Shown here in pieces: positions 9,249 through 18,732 of a DNA stretch of 64,000 bases. Origin of the DNA: Nanobdellati archaeon (lineage in GTDB: Archaea; EX4484-52; WAPT01). The stretch lies in NCBI GenBank assembly GCA_015520605.1, contig WAPT01000024.1:25732-89731 (forward strand). Reading direction: 5' to 3'. Made by a program: the position numbers and the translations under genes. The notes under the pieces were generated by a model. That model saw nothing but the letters and a program-made list of their open reading frames with translations, searched no databases and was not told the DNA's origin. Within the stretch, counting starts at the first letter, position 1, and the number at the start of each line of letters is the position of its first letter.

Positions 9249-10666
9249 TGCCTTCAAGGTTGTTCGAAATGGACTGGGAAAGTATTTTTCAACTTCTGCC
9301 TGGAGTAGAACACCCGAAAAAAAAGCTCACGCTTAATGAGAGGCTCAAATGGACAGGTATAATTCTCATTCTTTACTTTATCCTCATAGAAATAAAGGTA
9401 TATGGTATAAGTCCTGAAATTGCGGAGCGCTTTGCTGAGTGGGAGATGCTCCTTGGGGCAAGAACAGGCAGCCTCATGACTCTCGGTATAGGTCCGATAG
9501 TAACAGCGTCCATCCTCCTGCAGATGCTGGTCGGGGCAAGAATAATTAACTGGGATCTTAACACGACACATGGCAGAATTATGTTCCAAGGTGCACAGAA
9601 GCTTCTTGCCATCATAATAACAGTAATGGAAGCGACCGCATGGGTACTCTTCGGGCCAATAAAGCCAGCTGAATACACGCTCTGGAACACCCTCATAGTG
9701 ATCCTCCAGCTCTGCATAGGCGGGTGGCTGGTTATTTTCATGGATGAGGTTGTGAGCAAGTGGGGGTTCGGTAGCGGAATTTCACTTTTCATTGTCGGAG
9801 GGATTTCACGACAGCTTTTCATAAAGCTGTTCAGTTTTGAAAGCGCCGGCGAATATTACGCAGGAAGGCTTCTCGCTTTCATTCAGATGCTGATCCAGGG
9901 TAACCCGCAATGGGTACTCCTCGTGCCGATAATAACAACATTTCTGATCTTCATAATAGCGGTCGTGGCCCAGGGCATGAGGGTCGAGATACCTCTTGCG
10001 TTTGGAACACTCAGAGGTTTCGGAAGAAAATGGCCGCTGCGATTCATTTACACCAATGTCATACCTGTTATTCTGGTAACAGCACTCCTCATCAACATAG
10101 AGATGACGGGCCAGATGATCGCTCATCCCGTTGAAGGCTCCCTCTCCCTAAGGTGCGGCCCGCTGGGATGCTTTGACGAGCATGGTCGTCCGAAAAGCGG
10201 ACTGGTATATTACATCACACCTCCATACAACTTTATGATTTCCCTTATTTATGGGAGCATTACCACCCGAGAGTTAATCAGAGCTATTATTTATCTTTTG
10301 ATAATGATTTTTGGTACCGCTCTGTTCTCATACTTCTGGGTTATGACCTCAGGTATGGATGCTAAAAGCGTCGCTGAACAGATACAGGCTGCAAGCCTGC
10401 AGATACCGGGTTTCAGAAAAGATCCGAGGGTTATTGAAAAGGTTCTTGACAGGTACATAACACCGCTAGCGATCATGGGCGGAGCTTTTGTCGGATTCCT
10501 TGCAGCCATAGCCGATCTTATGGGGGCGCTTGTCAGAGGCACGGCAATCTTGCTTGCCGTGATGATAGTGTACAACATGTATGAAATGCTGGCCGTTCAG
10601 CAGCTTGAGGAGGCTCATCCGCTTGTGAGAAAGCTCATGAGCTCAGCCAGGGGGAAAGGCGAATGA
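9248..10666 (+). CDS. secY: Preprotein translocase subunit SecY
   Basis: GSLMTLGIGPIVTA, GSGISLFI, IPGFRKDPR; multiple transmembrane segments. Confidence 0.97.
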   Translation: MPSRLFEMDWESIFQLLPGVEHPKKKLTLNERLKWTGIILILYFILIEIKVYGISPEIAERFAEWEMLLGARTGSLMTLGIGPIVTASILLQMLVGARIINWDLNTTHGRIMFQGAQKLLAIIITVMEATAWVLFGPIKPAEYTLWNTLIVILQLCIGGWLVIFMDEVVSKWGFGSGISLFIVGGISRQLFIKLFSFESAGEYYAGRLLAFIQMLIQGNPQWVLLVPIITTFLIFIIAVVAQGMRVEIPLAFGTLRGFGRKWPLRFIYTNVIPVILVTALLINIEMTGQMIAHPVEGSLSLRCGPLGCFDEHGRPKSGLVYYITPPYNFMISLIYGSITTRELIRAIIYLLIMIFGTALFSYFWVMTSGMDAKSVAEQIQAASLQIPGFRKDPRVIEKVLDRYITPLAIMGGAFVGFLAAIADLMGALVRGTAILLAVMIVYNMYEMLAVQQLEEAHPLVRKLMSSARGKGE

Positions 10667-10684
10667 TGATGGGGGTGGTAATGG

Positions 10685-11131
10685 ATGCAGATTCTTGAAT
10701 ACTTATCCTCCGTTGATCCGCTCATTGGTGTGACAGCTTTCTCCATCTTCATGGCTTTTCTGTTCCCTCTGATCTATCTCTTCATCATCGACGTTGAGAG
10801 GGCGAAAGAACTCAAAAGGAAAGCAAAGGATTACCAGAAGAGGATGAGGGAAGCGAGAAAACGTGGGGATGAAAAAGAATTAAAAGATTTGCTTGAAAAA
10901 AATATGAGTCTCCTAGGCGAGCAGATGAGTCTAACCCAGAAACAGCTTATATGTACCCTCGCGATAATTATAGTTGTTTTCCCAATCCTAAAGCGGCTGT
11001 ACGGTAATGCGACATTTAAACTTCCATTCCCACTACCCTTCGTGGGAAGCGATGTGGGGATAATAGGGCTCTACATAATCATATCAATTCCTGCATCAAT
11101 GTTTTTCAGAAAGCTGCTTCGTGTGGATTGA
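10685..11131 (+). CDS. DUF106 / EMC3-TMCO1-like membrane insertase
   Basis: TM-coiled-coil-TM-TM architecture in the conserved slot after secY. Confidence 0.85.
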   Translation: MQILEYLSSVDPLIGVTAFSIFMAFLFPLIYLFIIDVERAKELKRKAKDYQKRMREARKRGDEKELKDLLEKNMSLLGEQMSLTQKQLICTLAIIIVVFPILKRLYGNATFKLPFPLPFVGSDVGIIGLYIIISIPASMFFRKLLRVD

Positions 11132-11142
11132 GGTGAGATGAA

Positions 11143-11409
11143 ATGAGGCCATCACTCAGAGGCGGTAAATGGAAGAGAGTAAGGACCCCGGGAGGAAGAC
11201 TTGTAATTCGTAGGGTTGAGAGAAAGGTTAACTTTGTAAGATGCGGACTGTGTGGCACAATTCTTAGTGGTGTGCCCAGAGAGAGGACCCACACCTTCAA
11301 GGGTCTCGCAAAAACAAAGAAAAGACCCGAAAGGATGTACGGAGGTGTACTTTGCCCATCCTGTCTTAAGAAAAAAATAGTTGAGGCGGTCATAAAACTT
11401 AATGAATAA
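11143..11409 (+). CDS. rpl34e: 50S ribosomal protein L34e
   Basis: RTPGGR, CGLCG, RPERMYGGVLC. Confidence 0.95.
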   Translation: MRPSLRGGKWKRVRTPGGRLVIRRVERKVNFVRCGLCGTILSGVPRERTHTFKGLAKTKKRPERMYGGVLCPSCLKKKIVEAVIKLNE

Positions 11410-11427
11410 AATGGCGGGTGAGTGTGG

Positions 11428-11703
11428 ATGCTTGAGGTGGGTAGAGTCTGTGTTAAGAATGCAGGAAGAGATGCGGGAAGCTTTTGTGTTGTGATAGATG
11501 TTATAGATGATAACTTCGTCATGATCACGGGGCCAAAAAGCCTTACCGGCGCGAGAAGAAAAAGGTGCAACATAAGACATCTTGAGCCGACACCTTACAA
11601 GGTGAAAATAAATAAAAATGCGAGCGATGAGGAAGTGCTGAATGCGATAAAGGAAGCTGGCATTGAGGATCTTATGAGTAAGAGAATTAAAATAGAGGTC
11701 TAA
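11428..11703 (+). CDS. rpl14e: 50S ribosomal protein L14e
   Basis: EVGRVCVKNAGRDAG, NIRHLEPT. Confidence 0.95.
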   Translation: MLEVGRVCVKNAGRDAGSFCVVIDVIDDNFVMITGPKSLTGARRKRCNIRHLEPTPYKVKINKNASDEEVLNAIKEAGIEDLMSKRIKIEV

Positions 11704-11724
11704 CTTTCAAAAATTTATTAAAAG

Positions 11725-12720
11725 ATGCTCTCTACTTCTATCTGCATGCTGCTTGTGAGAGAAAAAGTAGAAACATCGGAAAAGTATGGATATTATCCTC
11801 ATGAAAGGCCCGTAGAACAGCTTTTGAACTATGGCGCTGTCATAATCGACAAGCCACGCGGACCCACAAGCCACCAGGTTGTTGCGTGGGTTAAAGAAAT
11901 TCTTGGCATAGCAAAAGCGGGTCAGACAGGCACTCTTGATCCAAACGCTACAGGAGTTCTTGTCATTCTTCTCAACCACAGTGTAAAGATCACACAGATA
12001 CTTGCAAGAAGTGATAAGGAATACGTTGCTCTGATGAAACTACACGCTGATGTCGAGCCCGAGAGGGTGATGGATGCTGTGAAGCGATTTGAGGGTACAA
12101 TAACGCAGATACCTCCAGTCAGAAGTGCTGTCGCCAGAAAACCAAGGAAAAGGAGAATATACTATATAAACGTTCTTGAAATGGAGGGAAGGTACGTCCT
12201 CTTGCATGTGAAGTGTGAAGCAGGCACTTACATAAGAAAGTTATGCGTTGATATAGGCAAGACCTTGGGTGTGAATGCAAACCTCCAGGAGCTGAGGAGA
12301 ATTGCGGTGGGACACATAAGCGAGGATAAATCCCACTATCTTCAGGATTTGGTTGATGCTTACGTGCTTTGGAAGGAAAAAGGTGATGACTCGCTCTTAC
12401 GAGAGGTTGTGCTGCCTGTGGAATATCTCCTGAAGGATGTTAAGAAGGTTCTAATTAAGGATAGTGCCATTTCACCCATATGTTATGGGGCTCAGCTCCA
12501 TGTGGGTGGGATCTCAATGGTGGACTCTACCATAAGGAAAGGAGACACGGTTGCGATAATGAGTCTGAAGGGCGAGCTTGTTGCGATTGGTAAAGCTGAA
12601 ATGAGCGCCGAGGAGATGGTCAATAGAAAGAAAGGCGTGGCTTGCACCATAAAAAGAGTCATAATGGAGAAGGACACCTATCCAAAACTGTGGAAGACTC
12701 AGAAAAGCGAAATAAAATAA
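11725..12720 (+). CDS. cbf5: H/ACA RNA-guided pseudouridine synthase Cbf5 (TruB family plus PUA domain)
   Basis: DKPRGPTSH, GTLDP, CEAGTYIRKL, C-terminal PUA domain. Confidence 0.95.
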   Translation: MLSTSICMLLVREKVETSEKYGYYPHERPVEQLLNYGAVIIDKPRGPTSHQVVAWVKEILGIAKAGQTGTLDPNATGVLVILLNHSVKITQILARSDKEYVALMKLHADVEPERVMDAVKRFEGTITQIPPVRSAVARKPRKRRIYYINVLEMEGRYVLLHVKCEAGTYIRKLCVDIGKTLGVNANLQELRRIAVGHISEDKSHYLQDLVDAYVLWKEKGDDSLLREVVLPVEYLLKDVKKVLIKDSAISPICYGAQLHVGGISMVDSTIRKGDTVAIMSLKGELVAIGKAEMSAEEMVNRKKGVACTIKRVIMEKDTYPKLWKTQKSEIK

Positions 12721-12759
12721 TAAAAATGATCAGAACTTAATGGTTTGGAGGTGTTGTAT

Positions 12760-12966
12760 ATGGGTGTTGATAAGAGACTGCTTGAGATTCTTGCTTGTCC
12801 GAAGTGTAAGGGAAATGTGGTTGAGAAGGGCATGTTTCTGGTGTGTGAGAAATGCAAGCTTGCTTTTCCAGTGCTTGATGGAGACGTGCCGGATATGTTA
12901 CTTGAGGACGCATGGGAACTGGAGAAAGCTGAAGAAGCGGGGTTCAAGCACAATCTCAAACTTTAA
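12760..12966 (+). CDS. trm112: Trm112-family methyltransferase activator
   Basis: LLEILACPKCKG...CEKC...FPVLDGDVPDML. Confidence 0.88.
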   Translation: MGVDKRLLEILACPKCKGNVVEKGMFLVCEKCKLAFPVLDGDVPDMLLEDAWELEKAEEAGFKHNLKL

Positions 12967-12997
12967 AGATTTTCCAATACCAACAATTACCTTAAGT

Positions 12998-13240
12998 ATG
13001 ACAGATTATATGTTTGCCTACAAAGAACTAATAAAGGCAGGATATCAAGACCCTCCTGTCGACTTCTGCCCTGCGTGTCCGTTTTTTGAAGATGACTATC
13101 TGCCGCTGTGCAACCACCCTGGGTATGGAGAAGTAAAAGAAGTAAAATGGAACGGAACTGCGATTCTTGTGAGTTGTCCACTTCAACTTGAGTACCTCGA
13201 TAAGTTGGAAAAAGAAAATTTAAAAATACAGCTTCAATAA
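12998..13240 (+). CDS. Small Cys-rich hypothetical protein
   Basis: 80-aa ORF from ATG 12998 fills the gap; CPACPF...CNHP...SCPL. Confidence 0.55.
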   Translation: MTDYMFAYKELIKAGYQDPPVDFCPACPFFEDDYLPLCNHPGYGEVKEVKWNGTAILVSCPLQLEYLDKLEKENLKIQLQ

Positions 13241-13264
13241 AGGAACTAATTAGGCTTCTTTTGT

Positions 13265-13351
13265 GCCGCGGTCGCATAGCCTGGTAGTGCGCCGGCCTTG
13301 AGAGCCGGTGCCCGCAAGGGCGCGCAGGTTCAAATCCTGCCCGCGGCGCCA
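13265..13351 (+). tRNA. tRNA-Ser(TGA)
   Basis: Cloverleaf with long variable arm; anticodon arm CCGGC-CT-TGA-GA-GCCGG; CCA encoded. Confidence 0.96.
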
Positions 13352-13526
13352 TTGATAACTTTTTAAATTTTACGTGAGTATAAATTGTCACGTTTTTAAT
13401 ACTGAAAATAGTCACCTGGACTGTGGTCCGGTGGCCTCCAGAAAGGATCACTGGGAGCATAAATCCGGGCCGGTTCTTAGGGGGAGCAGTGCTGTTAATG
13501 ATATTAAAACCGTTTGGTGTGGAGTC

Positions 13527-13985
13527 ATGGCAGCGAGAGAGGTTAAGGCTGAAGAGGTAGTACGTATAGCCGGTACGGATCTCAACGGCGACTATTACGT
13601 TTATATGGCACTCCAGGGTATAAAGGGTGTTGGTTACAATTTTGCGAGAGCTCTCGTTAGGCTTCTTGGGATAGACGAAAGCAAGAAGTTGAAAGAACTC
13701 GGTGAGGAGGAGATTAAGAAGATAGAAGACGCTCTTAAAAACCCTATGAAATACGGGATGCCTGCGTGGATGCTCAACAGGAGAAAAGATAGAGAAACTG
13801 GAAAGGACATGCACCTGATCGGTACGGATCTTGAGCTTCAGGTTAAGGAGGACATAAATAGGCTTATTCGTATAAGGTGTTATAGAGGAATAAGACACCA
13901 GATGGGTCTGCCGGTTAGGGGACAGCGTACAAGGACAGGGTTCAGGAAGGGTATGACTGTTGGTGTGCAAAGAAAGAAGAAGTGA
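13527..13985 (+). CDS. rps13: 30S ribosomal protein S13
   Basis: [28 protein letters not shown]. Confidence 0.97.
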   Translation: MAAREVKAEEVVRIAGTDLNGDYYVYMALQGIKGVGYNFARALVRLLGIDESKKLKELGEEEIKKIEDALKNPMKYGMPAWMLNRRKDRETGKDMHLIGTDLELQVKEDINRLIRIRCYRGIRHQMGLPVRGQRTRTGFRKGMTVGVQRKKK

Positions 13986-13995
13986 CGTGGTCGAT

Positions 13996-14541
13996 ATGGG
14001 AGATCCTCGAAGGATAAGAAGGAAATGGAAACCACCACGCAAGAGGTGGGATGCTGAGAGGATTAGAGAAGAGAGAAAGTTGATGAGACAATACGGCTTA
14101 AGGAGAAAGAAGGAGATAAGGAGAGCAGAGGAAATTGTGAGGAGGCTTAGAAGGAGGGCAAGGAGCCTCATAGCAAATCCAAACGAGGAGGAGGAAAAAT
14201 CTCTCATAAAGAAAGCCTATGAGATGGGCCTTGTTGATGAAAACGCGACTCTTGATGACATCCTCAGCATAACAGTTAAGGATCTCCTTGAAAGGCGACT
14301 TCAGACGATGGTTTACAGACTGGGATTAGCAAGAACCATAAAACAGGCGAGACAGTTTATAGTTCACGGACACATCATGGTGGATGGACAAAGGGTGGTG
14401 ACTCCCAGCTATATAGTTCATAGAGATGAGGAAAACACCATAGATTTCCATCCAAACTCTCCAATAAAGGAAATGTACGAAAAGGGCTTTGGTATTTTTG
14501 CTGATTTCAAGAATAAGGGAGCAGAGGTTCAAAACCAATAA
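13996..14541 (+). CDS. rps4: 30S ribosomal protein S4
   Basis: [21 protein letters not shown]. Confidence 0.97.
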   Translation: MGDPRRIRRKWKPPRKRWDAERIREERKLMRQYGLRRKKEIRRAEEIVRRLRRRARSLIANPNEEEEKSLIKKAYEMGLVDENATLDDILSITVKDLLERRLQTMVYRLGLARTIKQARQFIVHGHIMVDGQRVVTPSYIVHRDEENTIDFHPNSPIKEMYEKGFGIFADFKNKGAEVQNQ

Positions 14542-14560
14542 ATCCAAGTGGTGATATTTC

Positions 14561-14965
14561 ATGGCCACAGAAAAACAGAAGCAGGAAAGGTGGGGGATAG
14601 CACACATTTACAGCAGCTTTAACAACACCATAGTACATATAACGGATATAACCGGGGCTTATACGATCTCTAGGGTTTCCGGAGGATTCGTTACGGACAA
14701 GGGCAGACTTAAGGGTGCCCCCTATCAAGCTATGCTCGCTGCTAAAAGAGCAGCCGAGGAGGCTCTTGAAAAGGGCATTACAGCTGTACATGTTCGTGTT
14801 AGAGCGCCGGGCGGACACCTTTCGAGGATCCCAGGTCCTGGAGCGCAACCGGCCATCAGGGCGCTTATACAGGCGGGGTTGAAGATTGGAAAGATTGAGG
14901 ATGTAACGCCAATTCCTCACGACCGCACGAGAAAACCCGGAGGAAGGAGAGGTAGGAGAGTGTGA
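14561..14965 (+). CDS. rps11: 30S ribosomal protein S11
   Basis: [29 protein letters not shown]. Confidence 0.97.
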   Translation: MATEKQKQERWGIAHIYSSFNNTIVHITDITGAYTISRVSGGFVTDKGRLKGAPYQAMLAAKRAAEEALEKGITAVHVRVRAPGGHLSRIPGPGAQPAIRALIQAGLKIGKIEDVTPIPHDRTRKPGGRRGRRV

Positions 14966-14970
14966 TGTGA

Positions 14971-15789
14971 ATGGCTGGGGCAAGAACATCTTCTTCATCT
15001 TTTGACATCAAGATTCTTGAAAGTGATAATGGGAGGATAAGATTTGAGGTTAGCGGGATAAATCCGGCGATAGCTAACGCTATAAGGAGGGCAACGTATT
15101 CGGAAGTGTACGTTATGGCTATAGAGTATGTCGATATTGTCAAGAACACATCAGCCCTTTACAACGAGTTGCTTGCCCATAGAATAGGGCTCATACCTCT
15201 GACTTTTGACCCGCTTCGCTATACCCCCAGGGAGAAGTGTGACTGCAAAGGAGAAGGATGTATGAAGTGTCAGGTCAAACTCGTGTTGAAGAAGAAGGGC
15301 CCGTGTGTTGTTTACGCTAGAGATCTTGAATCCACAAATCCGGATGTTAGGCCTGTCTATGGTGGTGAGATAATCGTCAAGCTGCTTGACGGTCAGGAAA
15401 TAGAGCTGGAAGCGGTTGCAATACTCGATAAGGCTGATAGACACGCAAGATGGCAGAGTGCGGTTGTGGGTTATCAGTATTACCCTGTCATTGAGAGCGA
15501 GGAGCTTGATGGCAATGCTAATGCATCAAAGCTCTGCCCAAAGGGGGCTCTGGAGATAAAGGATGGCAAAGCTGTAGTGAAAGATCCTTACCTCTGCGAC
15601 CTCTGCGGACTATGTGAGGAGAGATCTAATGGTAAAATAAAGGTTGTAGGTGACCCCTCAAGAATCATATTCAACATAGAAAGTGTTTGTGGTCTCACCC
15701 CTGCACAGATAGTGTTGAGTGCTATCAACGGGATAAGGGAAAGACTGCAGGAGTTTGAAAATCAATTTAAAGCTCAGCTTAAAAAGTAA
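14971..15789 (+). CDS. rpoD: RNA polymerase subunit D (Rpo3) with Cys-rich and ferredoxin-like inserts
   Basis: ANAIRRA, LAHRIGLIP, HARWQ, CDLCGLCEE. Confidence 0.96.
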   Translation: MAGARTSSSSFDIKILESDNGRIRFEVSGINPAIANAIRRATYSEVYVMAIEYVDIVKNTSALYNELLAHRIGLIPLTFDPLRYTPREKCDCKGEGCMKCQVKLVLKKKGPCVVYARDLESTNPDVRPVYGGEIIVKLLDGQEIELEAVAILDKADRHARWQSAVVGYQYYPVIESEELDGNANASKLCPKGALEIKDGKAVVKDPYLCDLCGLCEERSNGKIKVVGDPSRIIFNIESVCGLTPAQIVLSAINGIRERLQEFENQFKAQLKK

Positions 15790-15802
15790 GGCTGTGCTCT
15801 GT

Positions 15803-15943
15803 GCAGGGGTGGCCGAGAGGTCAAAGGCGCCGGACTTAAGAGGCCTGTCATCCTGCTAAGAAATCCGGTGGGCGCAGGCCCGTCGTGGGTTCGAAGCACT
15901 CCTGCACGAGGCAGGAGTGTCGAGATTCCCACCCCCTGCACCA
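15803..15943 (+). tRNA. tRNA-Leu(TAA) with two introns (about 15841-15862 at 37/38; about 15896-15926 at 59/60)
   Basis: Removing both inserts restores CCGGA-CT-TAA-GA-TCCGG and GTGGG-TTCGAAT-CCCAC; BHB-like junctions; CCA encoded. Confidence 0.9.
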
Positions 15944-15974
15944 ATCGAAATAATTCACCGAAGGTGAAAACACC

Positions 15975-16340
15975 ATGAAGCCAACAGGTCCGACAAATCC
16001 TGTACTCAGAAGCCTGATAAGAACGCTAATAAAGGCCAGCCGTGAGAATAAAGCACCCATTTGGAGGGCGGTTGCTGAGGAGCTGGAAAGACCGAGGAGA
16101 GTCAAGAAGCCCGTTAATGTGGGCAAGCTTGAGAGATACTGCCGGGAGGGAGAGGTTGTTGTTGTACCTGGTAAGCTCTTGGGAGGGGGTGTACTTACAA
16201 AAAAAATCACAGTAGCATCTTTCCAGGTATCTCCCCTTGCCATAAAGAAGCTGGAGAAAGCGGGAGGGAGGTGGATGAGTATTGAGGGGCTTATAAAGGA
16301 AAATCCCACCGGCAGCAACGTGAGGGTAATGAAAGGGTGA
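15975..16340 (+). CDS. rpl18e: 50S ribosomal protein L18e
   Basis: TNP, APIWRAVA, VVPGKLLG. Confidence 0.95.
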   Translation: MKPTGPTNPVLRSLIRTLIKASRENKAPIWRAVAEELERPRRVKKPVNVGKLERYCREGEVVVVPGKLLGGGVLTKKITVASFQVSPLAIKKLEKAGGRWMSIEGLIKENPTGSNVRVMKG

Positions 16341-16345
16341 GTCTA

Positions 16346-16762
16346 ATGATAGTTATAGATGCTACCGATACAATCCTTGGGAGGATGGCGTCATTTGCTG
16401 CTAAGAAGGCTCTGGAAGGAGAGACTATAGTCATAGTTAACGCTGAGAAGGCGGTTATTAGCGGTAATAAAAACAACATAAAGAGGAAATACAAAACGAG
16501 GAGGGAAGTTGGCGACAGGTACAAGGGTCCGTTCTTTCCCAGGATGCCTGATAGAATAGTCAGGAGAGCCATAAGGGGTATGCTTCCTCACAAGACAAGG
16601 AGAGGTAGAGAAGCTTACAGGAGGGTTAAGGTTTTCATCGGCGTGCCCAAAGAGTTTGAGAACGCTGAGAAACTCAGACTCGAGTGGACTGTTGATAAAC
16701 TGAAGCACAGAAAATATATAACAGTCGAGGAGCTCACAAGATGGCTGGGTGCAAGGTGGTGA
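16346..16762 (+). CDS. rpl13: 50S ribosomal protein L13
   Basis: ILGRMAS, VNAEKAVISG, IRGMLP. Confidence 0.96.
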   Translation: MIVIDATDTILGRMASFAAKKALEGETIVIVNAEKAVISGNKNNIKRKYKTRREVGDRYKGPFFPRMPDRIVRRAIRGMLPHKTRRGREAYRRVKVFIGVPKEFENAEKLRLEWTVDKLKHRKYITVEELTRWLGARW

Positions 16763-16766
16763 TCTC

Positions 16767-17174
16767 ATGAAGCCGTTCGTCACAGTCGGTAAGAGAAAAA
16801 CCGCGGTAGCAAGAGTATATGTTAAGGGAGGTAATGGTATAATCAGGATAAACAAGGTGCTGCTCAATATTTACAAACCGGAGCTGCTGAAGCTTAGAAT
16901 AATGGAGCCTATCATATTGGCTGGAGAGGATAAAATAAAGAACGTTGACATAGATGTCGTGGTGCAGGGAGGTGGAATAAACGCTCAGGCAGAAGCGGCA
17001 AGACAGGCTATAGCAAGAGCCATAGTCAGGTTAACGAAAAGCGAGACAATAAAGAGAAAGTTCCTCGAGTATGACAGGAGCATGTTGGTTTATGATCCAA
17101 GAAGGACAGAACCCCACAAGCCGTCAAGATCCAAGAAGGGTGCAAGGAGAATCAGACAGACGAGCTACAGGTGA
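16767..17174 (+). CDS. rps9: 30S ribosomal protein S9
   Basis: GKRKTAVAR, GGG...QAEAAR, QTSYR C-terminus. Confidence 0.96.
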   Translation: MKPFVTVGKRKTAVARVYVKGGNGIIRINKVLLNIYKPELLKLRIMEPIILAGEDKIKNVDIDVVVQGGGINAQAEAARQAIARAIVRLTKSETIKRKFLEYDRSMLVYDPRRTEPHKPSRSKKGARRIRQTSYR

Positions 17175-17218
17175 TGAATACACCCTCTTCATTCCATTTC
17201 CTTGTGAGGTGTTTCGAG

Positions 17219-17455
17219 ATGATCATTCCCATAAGGTGCTTTTCATGCGGTAAGGTGCTTGCCGATAAGTGGGAGAAGTTTCAGGAAGAGATTAAAAAGG
17301 GTAAGGAACCAGCGGAGGTTCTTGATGAACTGGGGATAACAAGATACTGCTGCAGGACAGTGATGATTACCCATAAGGATTTCATAGATGAGATAGCAAA
17401 ATACAGAAGATTTCTTTTACCTGCAGAAGAAAGGGAGGGTGCGGGGAAGAAATAA
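17219..17455 (+). CDS. rpoN: RNA polymerase subunit N (Rpo10)
   Basis: MIIPIRCFSCGK...RYCCR. Confidence 0.96.
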   Translation: MIIPIRCFSCGKVLADKWEKFQEEIKKGKEPAEVLDELGITRYCCRTVMITHKDFIDEIAKYRRFLLPAEEREGAGKK

Positions 17456-17506
17456 AGGTGAAGTCTTTAAATAATTTCTATTTATTTATTTTCTTAACAT
17501 TCTCTC

Positions 17507-17580
17507 GCCCCCGTAGTCTAGTCAGGCAAGGATATCGGCCTCTCGAGCCGATGGCCCGGGTTCAAATCCCGGCGGGGGCA
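17507..17580 (+). tRNA. tRNA-Glu(CTC)
   Basis: Anticodon arm TCGGC-CT-CTC-GA-GCCGA; GGTTCAAATCC T-arm; CCA not encoded. Confidence 0.95.
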
Positions 17581-17630
17581 TACATTTTTAGATTTAGAAA
17601 ATAAAAATATACAAAAAATAAAAAAATCCA

Positions 17631-18215
17631 TTAGAACTCTTCACACCTGAATTGGAAATAGTTATATGGATGCTCACAGGAAGGGCATTTGGCTGGGGGC
17701 TCTGCGCCCACATGAACGTAACCGCACTTTCTGCAGACCCATACGACTTCTTTACCTCTCTTGAAGAATTTACCTTCCCTCACGAGCTCCAGCAACTTTC
17801 TGTATCTTTCTTCATGATGTTCTTCAGCCTTGGCTATGGCTCTGAGTCTCTCTGCAATGTCCTTCAGGCCTTCTTCTTCTGCAACTCTGGCAAATTCGGG
17901 ATACATTTCAGCATTCTCGTAATGTTCACCTTCTATGGCTGCCTGTAAATTCTGGATAGTGTCTCCGATAACAAGCGGGGCTTCAACCTCAACCCTCATA
18001 CTGCTTACGCTCTTGTCGGATTTCTTCAACAATTCCTGGATCATGGTCATGAGCCACTTTGCATGCTCCCTCTCGTTTTCAGCCGTTATCTCAAAAATTT
18101 CTGCAATCTGTTCGTATCCCTCTCTCTTAGCGATTTTGGCATACATACTGTAACGGTTTCTTGCCTGACTCTCTCCTATGAATGCCTTAACGAGGTTCTC
18201 CAGAGTTCTTTCCAT
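17631..18215 (-). CDS. rbr: Rubrerythrin
   Basis: AFIGESQARNRY, ENEREHA, AEEHHE diiron motifs; C-terminal CRKCGY...CPSC rubredoxin domain. Confidence 0.95.
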   Translation of the reverse strand: MERTLENLVKAFIGESQARNRYSMYAKIAKREGYEQIAEIFEITAENEREHAKWLMTMIQELLKKSDKSVSSMRVEVEAPLVIGDTIQNLQAAIEGEHYENAEMYPEFARVAEEEGLKDIAERLRAIAKAEEHHEERYRKLLELVREGKFFKRGKEVVWVCRKCGYVHVGAEPPAKCPSCEHPYNYFQFRCEEF

Positions 18216-18283
18216 TTCACATCACCTTTTCGAAAATTTTGGTTTTTATTATAAACATAAAATGCAAAGATTTAAAAAATTTA

Positions 18284-18300
18284 AGTTCGATATACGAACT
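18284..18300. promoter_or_regulatory. Inverted repeat AGTTCG-N5-CGAACT, candidate Lrp operator
   Basis: Lies between a TATA-like TTTAAAAA and the Lrp ATG, in the divergent rbr/lrp spacer. Confidence 0.45.
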
Positions 18301-18732
18301 ATGCGAAAAATAAACGACAAGCTGCTGGTAAGGGTATTGATAAGGAATCCGCGTCTTCCCAACACTGCGATAGCAAAGCTATTTGGTGTTAGTGAAGCGG
18401 CGGTACGAAAAAAAATCGAAAAACTTGAGAACGATGGTACTGTCATAGGATACACAACGATCGTTGATCCAACGAAGGCGGGGCTTGCAATTTCTTATAC
18501 GGGCATAGACGTCAGGCCAGAAAAGATGATGGAAATTTACGAAAAACTTCAAGAACTCAGGGAGGCCGAGGTGATATTTTTAACTTCAGGAGATCACAAC
18601 ATTCTGGTTAAACTAGTGTGTAACAGTATGAATGAGCTTATGGAAGTGCACAAAAGGATAGAGAAGATGAACGGTGTGACGAGAGTATGCCCCGCTGTCA
18701 TCACAAGTGTCTGGAAGAGAGGCCGGAAGTGA
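18301..18732 (+). CDS. Lrp/AsnC family transcriptional regulator
   Basis: HTH IAKLFGVSEAAVRKKIEKL, GYT, TSGDH RAM domain. Confidence 0.92.
   Translation: MRKINDKLLVRVLIRNPRLPNTAIAKLFGVSEAAVRKKIEKLENDGTVIGYTTIVDPTKAGLAISYTGIDVRPEKMMEIYEKLQELREAEVIFLTSGDHNILVKLVCNSMNELMEVHKRIEKMNGVTRVCPAVITSVWKRGRK

Noticed and set aside
12987-14207. 406-aa minus-strand ORF
   Set aside because: Antisense to tRNA-Ser, rps13 and rps4; shadow frame with no recognisable motifs.
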